NCBI GenBank assembly: GCA_963663965.2
Contig: CAXXFK010000041.1
Span: 32,001 to 96,000 of the forward strand
DNA: 64,000 nucleotides
Reading direction: 5' to 3'
DNA from: Sedimentisphaerales bacterium
Lineage (GTDB): Bacteria; Planctomycetota; Phycisphaerae; Sedimentisphaerales; SM23-30
In this document: one piece after another, positions 56,153 to 64,000 of the stretch
How positions within the stretch are numbered: position 1 is the first letter of the stretch
How the letters are laid out: every line of letters begins with the position of its first letter
Notes under the pieces: model-generated
Seen by the model: the letters and a program-made list of their open reading frames with translations, nothing else
What the model was told of the DNA's origin: nothing
Database searches by the model: none
Program-made: the position numbers and the translations under genes

Positions 56153-58573
56153 TCAGTCTTTAAGTCGATAAATAAACATTAAATCCGTGTTGATTTTCAC
56201 CGGTTCATAATGGGTCATGATAAATTCCCGTAAGGGCCACATGATCTCATGGCGCTGACGTTCGATTTGTGCCCGTTCTTCCGCTTTGTCTTCAGGCATG
56301 GGGCCTCCGGGTCGTTTGGGATCCGTCAATGACATTCTGGTAACCATTGCCACCCGGTCCAGTATCTGGTCTTTTAAAGCTTCGGCTTGAGGATAAGTCA
56401 TCGGCAAAGAACCTGAGGCGGGTTGTTGAGGGGCTATCCGCATGAGGATGTCCTTGCGAGTGGAATCGCGCCAGCGCAGCCACAGATCGAACAGGGGATG
56501 TTCATAGAAGGGGAAATGAACTTTTTGCGAATCGACGATATACCTGGGTTTGTTTCGTGAGAAGTCTTTAAGCAGTTCATTCATCCTTCTGGTCAGAATG
56601 ATGGGGTCATCTGAATGCATATCGCTATAGGCGGCATTCAAGGCCGGACAGGTCCGCTGGGCGGAAAGATAAATACCGGGATACCAGCCCCAGACATAGA
56701 TTTTGTCCCTGGGATCGGAATTTTCTTTGATAAATTCGCCGATCTGTTCCCAAAAGGCCGTTTGACCAACGCTTTTGGCCCGTTCTTTAAAGGGTGAGTC
56801 CGAATGGGAACCATCGGGTAATGTTTTGCCAAACAGAGCGGTGCTGTTCCAGGCGATCATCAGAATAACGGTCAGGGAAGCCAGTGATAATTTTCGTAAA
56901 GATAGCATTTGCGGTTTATTTAGAAAGATCAGAAGAGCGATGAAACCTCCAGAGAGAATCAGTCGGAGGATAAAGCCGTTCCAATATGATCCAACGATTT
57001 CGGAGGTATTGAGAGCCAGTCCATTTCCTGGCTGGGCGACGATCCAGACGAGCAGCCAGTCCAGCAGCAGCCAACAGCCACCCAGCGTTAAATAACCCCA
57101 TTCCAGCCGGCGGCATTGAAACAGAACCCAGGCCGCCAGCATGGCTGCCGAGGCGTTCAGGGGTAAATAGTACTGGACGTAACTGCGAGGAGAGATCCAG
57201 ATAAAAGCCATATCCAGAATCCACCAGATGCCCAGAAAGATAATGATCCGGTCAGGAATATTTGAGATTGGATGGAATGGTTTTTGCGCAGAGCCGAGGT
57301 TTTCTGAGGGCCGGCCGGGGTCGGAATTTCTAACAGATGATCCGGAATGAAACAGCAACCGGGCAACGCCGAGCACCAGCGCAGTGACACCAAAGCCGAT
57401 CGGAACCAACAGGTCGTGACAATAGCGAGTGACGTTATTGAACTGGGTGTAAAGATCCCGTGCGACCCCAAGATAGCCGGCCCTTCCGGTTAAATACCCG
57501 AGGAATTCGGACCAGACATTCGCGATGCTGCGGCCAATGACTTTAGCCAATTGAAATTCCGGCAAATCCTGCAGATAAAAACCAAGTTGATTGTTAAAGA
57601 AAAAGAAGATACAGATCAAAACAAAGATCAACAAAGATGAAATCAGGGCAGGAATCACCCAGCGCGGGTTCAATCGGGCCCGTCCGGAATGGATCAGATA
57701 GCGTAAAAGTTTCGCAAGTCCAATCAGGATCAAAAGTGCAATCACCGGGGCGGCCGGTAACGTGGTGATGACCTTCATCACTTGATTTTGCCATAGATAT
57801 AGCAGGCAGATAGGAATTAAACCAAGTCCCGCCCCGTAAAATAACCAGGCGAAGTCATGTCCTATTTGCGACCAGCGTTTTTGGCGGAAAACCGCCAGGA
57901 TGATGAGATACAATCCCAGGGCTATCACCACTGAAATCCCTGTTTGCTTAAAGTACCAGCATTCCATCGCGGCAGCGCCGCATAAGAGCAGCCACCATCG
58001 CGGCCCGCCGATTTCATAAAGCATCCAGGCGGCCGCAGCGGTCATCGTACAGGCGATCATGAATTGTTCTTTGGCGTTGCCCTGTTTGGCGTAGGGGGGC
58101 AAGCTGAGATAAAAAGCTGCCATGATCAACATGATCGCGGCGGGCCAGTTTCCGAAAAACTTCCGCAAGGTATAGTATGACAAGCCCAAAGCGGCCAGTT
58201 GCATGAACAGCTGCATGAGTTTGGGTCCGGTTTCGCTGTAACCAAAGATGGCGACCCCTATGACGTTGACCATTAAGGTGGCAGGCTGGGCACTGATAGA
58301 AATGTCACGATCCACTTTCTGACCGGAGAGCAGGGCTTTGGCTTGATAAACATTAAAACTGCTGTCGTAGGGATCTTTGGTGCCCAGTTCGAGATATTTG
58401 CCATAACTAAAAGGAATGGCGGCGATTGCAAGCGTTAGAATGATCCAGATTATTTGATGTTTGCCGGCCTTAGCGGTTGTTGACTGGAGAGGGGGCAGCG
58501 GGGTCTCCGCAGTGGGGGCCGACTGGTTGTTGTTTTTTTGCGGCTGGCGGTTTGTTTTACGATTTTTAGCCAT
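56153..58573 (-). CDS. Polytopic membrane glycosyltransferase (GT-C, ArnT/PMT-like)
   Basis: Many TM helices; D-P-Y-D after TM1, FKQTG, YVQYYLP, C-terminal IYVWG...PRYIVD; downstream of a GT2 gene. Confidence 0.65.
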   Translation of the reverse strand: MAKNRKTNRQPQKNNNQSAPTAETPLPPLQSTTAKAGKHQIIWIILTLAIAAIPFSYGKYLELGTKDPYDSSFNVYQAKALLSGQKVDRDISISAQPATLMVNVIGVAIFGYSETGPKLMQLFMQLAALGLSYYTLRKFFGNWPAAIMLIMAAFYLSLPPYAKQGNAKEQFMIACTMTAAAAWMLYEIGGPRWWLLLCGAAAMECWYFKQTGISVVIALGLYLIILAVFRQKRWSQIGHDFAWLFYGAGLGLIPICLLYLWQNQVMKVITTLPAAPVIALLILIGLAKLLRYLIHSGRARLNPRWVIPALISSLLIFVLICIFFFFNNQLGFYLQDLPEFQLAKVIGRSIANVWSEFLGYLTGRAGYLGVARDLYTQFNNVTRYCHDLLVPIGFGVTALVLGVARLLFHSGSSVRNSDPGRPSENLGSAQKPFHPISNIPDRIIIFLGIWWILDMAFIWISPRSYVQYYLPLNASAAMLAAWVLFQCRRLEWGYLTLGGCWLLLDWLLVWIVAQPGNGLALNTSEIVGSYWNGFILRLILSGGFIALLIFLNKPQMLSLRKLSLASLTVILMIAWNSTALFGKTLPDGSHSDSPFKERAKSVGQTAFWEQIGEFIKENSDPRDKIYVWGWYPGIYLSAQRTCPALNAAYSDMHSDDPIILTRRMNELLKDFSRNKPRYIVDSQKVHFPFYEHPLFDLWLRWRDSTRKDILMRIAPQQPASGSLPMTYPQAEALKDQILDRVAMVTRMSLTDPKRPGGPMPEDKAEERAQIERQRHEIMWPLREFIMTHYEPVKINTDLMFIYRLKD

Positions 58574-58597
58574 AGCAAGCCTGATTTCCTGTAATGA

Positions 58598-59632
58598 TCA
58601 ATCGGTTTGGGAGCTATCATTCGCCGTTTTGGTGGTTTCCGGTTCGATAATATGCCGTATGATGTAGGTTGGTTTATCCTGAGATTCATGATAGGTTCGA
58701 CATAACATTTCTGCCAGCAGCCCCATCAGCAAAAATTGGATGCTCATCATCATGAGCATGGCGGCCAGGATCGGCAACGGGCTTTGACTCATATCTTCAT
58801 GATTGGCAATTTTGAGATAGACCATGATGGAGCCGATAATTAGCGCACTCAGGAAGGATAATAACCCAATTCCCCCAAAGATATGTAAAGGGCGTGTGCT
58901 GAATGTGCCCAGAAATTTGATCGTAATCAAATCCAGTACGACTTTAAAGGTTCGATTCAAGCCGTATTTTGTTTTTCCACGGGTGCGCGGATGGTGATTG
59001 ACAACCATTTCTGTGACGCGGGCTCCGGCCCAACTGGCCAGGGCTGGGATAAAGCGATGCATTTCGCCGTATAGTTTGAGGTTGGCAATGATATCGCGAT
59101 GATAGGCTTTCAGGCTGCATCCGTAATCATGCAATCGGACACCGGTAATAATACCGATGACGTAATTGGCGATCCAGGATGGAATTTTTCGGGTAATAAA
59201 GGTGTCCTTGCGGTTTTGACGCCAGCCGCTGACCACGTCGTACCCTTCCTGAAGTTTACGAACAACGCGGGGAATATCGGCCGGATCGTTTTGCATATCA
59301 CCATCGATTGGAACTATGATATCTCCAACGCAGTGATCAAAACCGGCGGCGATAGCAGAGGTCTGGCCGAAATTGCGGCGGAAGAAGATGACTTTCATGG
59401 GAAAACGCTGCCGAAGTTGGGAATTGTCATCTGAGGCTATTCGTTCCCGGCATAGATCTTTCAATGCGTCACAAGTACCATCATTACTGCCGTCATCAAC
59501 GACAATCAATTCCCAGCGATAAATGCCGGCCGACATAACTTCAAAGATACGAGTCACTAATGGACGGATATTATCGCGCTCATTGTAAACCGGCACAATA
59601 ATAGAAACCATAGGCGGTTGAGATTCGGCCAT
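58598..59632 (-). CDS. GT2 polyprenol-phosphate glycosyltransferase (ArnC/GtrB-like)
   Basis: IVPVYNE, VDDGSNDGT, RNFGQ, DGDMQNDP, HDYGCSLKAY, GEMHRFIP, two C-terminal TM helices. Confidence 0.92.
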   Translation of the reverse strand: MAESQPPMVSIIVPVYNERDNIRPLVTRIFEVMSAGIYRWELIVVDDGSNDGTCDALKDLCRERIASDDNSQLRQRFPMKVIFFRRNFGQTSAIAAGFDHCVGDIIVPIDGDMQNDPADIPRVVRKLQEGYDVVSGWRQNRKDTFITRKIPSWIANYVIGIITGVRLHDYGCSLKAYHRDIIANLKLYGEMHRFIPALASWAGARVTEMVVNHHPRTRGKTKYGLNRTFKVVLDLITIKFLGTFSTRPLHIFGGIGLLSFLSALIIGSIMVYLKIANHEDMSQSPLPILAAMLMMMSIQFLLMGLLAEMLCRTYHESQDKPTYIIRHIIEPETTKTANDSSQTD

Positions 59633-59695
59633 GTATTGACTCCATTAACGTCTTTAATAATAGAGGGTTATCGTATTTCATCAAGAATCTGAACT

Positions 59696-59724
59696 AGTAT
59701 AACGATATATCCAATTTCGGTCAA
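59696..59724 (-). promoter_or_regulatory. Sigma70-type promoter for GT2/GT-C genes
   Basis: TTGACC-17bp-TATACT on the minus strand. Confidence 0.6.
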
Positions 59725-59818
59725 TCCCGCCGGTAAATACAGTTATATTGTTGTGAGACATGAATTTATGTATGGTGATAGCCATTATGGGACGTTGAGG
59801 GTGCAGATTGGTACAAAA

Positions 59819-59845
59819 TAAAAGGCCCGGTACAAAACCGGGCCT
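59819..59845 (-). terminator. Intrinsic terminator after the HEAT/DUF1080 gene
   Basis: AGGCCCGGT-ACAAA-ACCGGGCCT with an A-run on the left. Confidence 0.7.
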
Positions 59846-59884
59846 GAACGTTTATCAGTCAGATAAATGAATATGAATATATGG

Positions 59885-62800
59885 TCAGAAGGGCATGATT
59901 TCAAGGTTACGGAAGAATACCACATCGCCGTGGCCGAGGAATCCGATATGCCCGGATTTGTTTTTGAGTCCGGGATGATCATTGCCATCTTTGGCGCCTT
60001 TTTCAATCGATTCGGTGATATCGGCATCCAGAATGGTCGTCCCGTTGAGGATGACTTTGATTTTGTTGCCGCGCGCAATCACTTCCTGGCTATTCCATTC
60101 ACCGACAGGCTTTTGGAAGCCACGTTTGGCCGGTATTGTGCCGTAGATGGAACCGTGATACTGGTATTCTTTAAGGTTGGCATATTTTTCGGCGGAATTG
60201 TCGAGAATTTGCAACTCCATACCGGCATAGGCGGCATCACCGGACAGGGGGGCACGGATGCCCAGGCCATTATTGGCGCCGGGGGTCAGCTTGAATTCAA
60301 ATTTCAAGTGGAAATCGCCGAACTCATTGGCGGTGTATAAATTATGGCCCGCCCCGGCAGACAATCGCGCCGTCTTCGATTTTGTAACCATTGGTGTCGC
60401 CAATCCAGCCATCCAGGTTGCTGCCATTGAACAGGGTGTGCCATTCGCCCGGCCTAGGCAGTTCACGAATAAAAATATTGCGGAATTCAACCGGATTGCC
60501 GTGGCACTGTAATTCAATTTGTTCAGAGTCAAATATGGGTTGTGACCGATCCCAGTAGTTTTCCATAATGACGTTGTCCACGACCAACTGGTCATTCAAC
60601 CATACCCAGACCCTTTCGCCTACCATACGGATAAAGAAGGTGTTCCACTGGCCGGCAGGATGGTCGGCAATCGCCGTGGGATTACTGGGGTTGATCTTGT
60701 TGTTATACAAGCCGCCAGAACCGATTTTCCATTGTTCGGGATCCCAGATTTGTACTTGTGGTGAGCCACGCAGGTAGATGCCGCTGTCGCCACGTGACTG
60801 AATTTTCCAGTCTACATACATTTCGACGTCACGATAATTTTTGATGGTTGCCAGACTATGGCCTTTGCCATCGAAATAAAGGATGCCATCCTGGGCTTTC
60901 CAGTGTTGGCGCATATCTTCATCGGCCCGGGCCTGTTCGGCCTTGAGCTGTTCCGGCGAAAGCGCGGCCCGTTTGATGGGATTATCATTCGGGCCAAACA
61001 GCAGCCCTTTCCAACCGGTCAGATCTTTGCCGTTTTGAACAAAGCGGTGAATCCCGGAGGAGGCTCGCGCAATCCCGCTTGATTATCTACGACTGGATCT
61101 GGCGGGGGAGCCGGTCCATCTCCCTGGGTGAAAACTTTTAATTCTACGATATGGACGGCTTCATTGGCGCTGTTTTTCAGGATATTGACGCGAACGTAGC
61201 GGACAGCTACCGGATTGAATTTGAGCAATTCACCCGCCGGGGTGGCCGGCTGGGTAGTCTGACTGCGATCCGCTACGGTTTGCCAGTTCAGGCCGTCTTT
61301 GGAGACTTCCAGATTATATTGATAATAGCGGTTGCCATCCCAATAGAAGAATATCTGAGCCGTGTCTATAGTTACGGTCTGTTGCAGATCGACTTGCAGC
61401 CAGCTGGGCCAGGCAGCGCCCCAGTAGGCCAGTTCGCGATCGGTTTTACCATCCACAGCATAACTCGCCAGATGGTCGCCCTGATGGGCAACGGAAATCG
61501 TTACCGGCCGATTGAGCGCGACATTTCCATTTGCAGGCAGGTTAATCAGTGTCAGATGCTGATTGATCGCTTCCTGCACTTTGGCATCATCGGTTTTTGA
61601 CAGGGCTTTTTTCAGGATGGCGACAGTTTCTGGACCGGTCAGCCCCTGTTGATTTTTCTCAGATGGGCAGGCAATGGCCACAATAACCCGGACTGCTTCA
61701 GTCTGCAGAGCGGTGTCATCAAGGCAGCCGGCAGCCAACTTGAGAGTTTCAATGGAGGGCATCTCAGCCAGGGCGGTCAGGGCCAGTTTCTTTTCATCTG
61801 GACGCGGGGCTGAGTTTAATAAAGTAGAATAGGCGGATACTTTTTGAGCATTCGCTTTAGTTTCCCCTAATAATGTGAGGCACTGCCGGAATGCCAGAAC
61901 ACGATAGGTCAGGTTGCTATCCTGCTGAACGATTTTCAGCAGGGCTGGAATCCCCGATGCATCGGACCATTTGGCCAGCGCCCGAACAGCGGCGTCCCTG
62001 GCTTTATCGTTACTGCTGGTAGTTTGACGGATCAGTTCATCCAACGCTTTTTGGCCGCCCAGTTGTCCCAGCGCAGTCAGAAGCATTCGAGTCTGGTCAT
62101 CATTGGCGCCGGATAATCTGGCTAGAAGCATTTCGGCAATTTTATCGGTATTATCCAGGGCACCGGCGACGGCCACGACGGCCTGGCCGGCCGCGGTCTG
62201 TTCCGAGTTGGAATCGCATCGCATCAGGGTATCGACCAGAACTGGCAATTTTTCCACGGGCGCCATGCGGCCCAGGACGCGCCAAGCGTTGACCCGGACG
62301 TTCCGGTCATCATCCTGAGTCCGTTTTAGAATAATATCAAATGCCAGCGGTTCCGGCCGCATGGCCATGCCTTCCAAACAGGCGCTTCGAACCGTTGGTT
62401 TCATGGTGTCCAGTGCCTGGGCGATACGTTCAAGAATCACAGCTCCTTTTAAATGCATCATTGCGAGAACGCCGGCTTCCAGTTCCTTTTTATCCTGGGT
62501 ATCCATGGCCAATCTGATGAGAGGGGCGATCGCCTGATCACCACCCAGTTTCGCGACCGTATCGATTGCGGCGATTCGAACGGCCAGTTCAGAATCGTTC
62601 AGTGTTTGAATGATGGCCGGCAGCGCGGCTTTGTCATTCCGTTTACCCAGCATGGTGACAATCTTCGTACGGAGATCGGGATTCACTTCTTTGAGGACTG
62701 CGGTCCATCGCTGAGTGGCATTGGGGCCTGGAATTTTGTCGGCCAGGGCAATGGCCTGGCATTGTAAATAGTAATTCTGGCTTTTCAGAGCTTTTATGAG

Positions 62801-63712
62801 GTCATCAAGAGCCGATGATTTACCCGTTTCGACCAGGAGCGCCAGGGCTTCGCATGGGATATTGTTGACCACATCCGTTTTGGCCAGCAATTCTCGACAT
62901 ATGTTCAGGCAGCTGGTAGTATCGCCGGCCTGTCCCAGGCGTTCAGCCAATAATAGATAAAACGCAGTAATCTGGGCTTTTTCATATCCACCGGCATCGG
63001 CCATCGGTTTTTTCAATAAAACAACCGCTTGCTTATCTCCCATATTAGCCAAGGCCCGAATAGCCGTTAAGCGTAAATTTCTGTCGTTATCGCTAACAAA
63101 GGGTCGGATATTAGGAGCGGCGGAACTGACCTGCATTTGCCCCAGCGCCTGGATCAGGGTGATCCGGTTTTTTTCATCAGCACCAGCAAGCGCTTTCGAT
63201 AAAGCAGGCCCGACATTATTCCCTCCAATTCTTAATAATGCCTGGGTTGCCGGTTCGCATAATTGGGCATCGTTCAGGAATTGGACCAGGGTATCAACCG
63301 ATTCTGATTTTCCGGTGAGTTGCAGTTGCCGGATCAGGAATGCCTTGACTTCCTTGTCTGAGATCGTGTTCAGTTGCGTGCAGAGTGTTTTGGCGTACTC
63401 GCTTCGTAAGTTTTCAGAACCCGGCCGGTTGACATACATCGCCAGGCCATGCAGGGCATAGCGGATCCCGGTGTCATCACCAGATCCGGGCGGAACCAAT
63501 TCGCCGCATAAAGACTGAATTCCCTCTGTCCCCAATTTTGTCAGTCCGGCCATGATTTCCTGTTCGATTTGAGCATTTTCAGCCGGAAGCTGGTCAACCA
63601 ATTTTTTCAAAGCTGCCCTATCAACAGCAAACGAGTATGACATCATGAAAGTTGAGAAAACCAAACACAGAGAAAAAATATATTTTGCACACCTCATAGG
63701 GCTGATCTCCAA
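59885..63712 (-). CDS. Secreted HEAT-repeat + F5/8 (CBM32-like) + two DUF1080 (3-keto-disaccharide hydrolase) domains; frameshifts at ~61033-61036 and ~60348-60350
   Basis: HEAT repeats; NVALNRP...AVDG...WLQVDL...RYVRV; correcting runs restores FTALFNGKDLTGWKG and CRGGHNLYT; DSGIYLRG, NNGLGIR, GHIGFLGHG. Confidence 0.82.
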
Positions 63713-63752
63713 TTTGAATATCTGTTCTTAACCTTATTCACTTGATCAAGAT

Positions 63753-64000
63753 TTAAAACTGCCAGGGGGCCCGCATCGGTTGATCGATCAGGCGATTAGC
63801 CTGTTCGTCGTTAATGAACACCTGCTTAACGGGATCAAACCGTAATGGCCGGCGTAATCGCAGGGCAATTTTACCCAGGTTGACTATGGTACAGGATCGG
63901 TGGCCATTTGACTCGTTTAAAGCGAATTTAGAACGTGTTCGTACCGCCTGCGAGAAATCAGTAACCTGGGGTTCTGGTTCAGGGAAGGCTTCCAGTTTTT
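63753..64000 (-). CDS. Gfo/Idh/MocA family oxidoreductase, C-terminal end (partial)
   Basis: Translates as ...DFSQAVRTRSKFALNESNGHRSCTIVNLGKIALRLRRPLRFDPVKQVFINDEQANRLIDQPMRAPWQF*, typical of this C-terminus. Confidence 0.8.
   Translation of the reverse strand, partial: KLEAFPEPEPQVTDFSQAVRTRSKFALNESNGHRSCTIVNLGKIALRLRRPLRFDPVKQVFINDEQANRLIDQPMRAPWQF

Overview
Chromosomal window from an anaerobic Gram-negative bacterium, most likely a planctomycete of the Phycisphaerae/Sedimentisphaerales type. This is inferred from several secreted proteins with dockerin-like 'D-x-N-x-D-x-x-V-N/D...WL' tails, an ECF sigma factor with a long C-terminal extension, an LPS core cluster and [FeFe]-hydrogenases. 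In order it holds: ffh (3' end), a stand-alone Ffh-M-domain-like ORF, rpsP-trmD-rplS-yraN-tatD-diadenylate cyclase; guaA, a dimeric dUTPase and a DAACS symporter; rex-hydCBA (electron-bifurcating type)-sensory PAS hydrogenase-SpoIIE phosphatase; secreted glycan-active and surface proteins; an accessory zone (about 22.5-27 kb); icd, lpxK and heptose/LPS-core genes with two fusions; a fibre-like protein/astacin/small partner trio; an ECF sigma factor, a GH97-CE15 fusion, a U32 protein, a PLD nuclease, hcp-Rrf2, GT-C/GT2; and a HEAT-F5/8-2xDUF1080 gene next to a Gfo/Idh/MocA oxidoreductase. The accessory zone is the most unexplained part. It contains a purine-skewed non-coding array of ~9-nt-period triplet motifs in a duplicated unit, nested palindromic mini-elements, a recurring (C/G)AAAC(G/A)AA(C/G)CC motif and a low-GC HEPN (RNxxxH) cassette. 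Five genes are split by indels in short homopolymers, which probably reflects long-read assembly error. I found no CRISPR array, tRNA, rRNA or transposase. All calls come from reading motifs by eye; no database searches were run.
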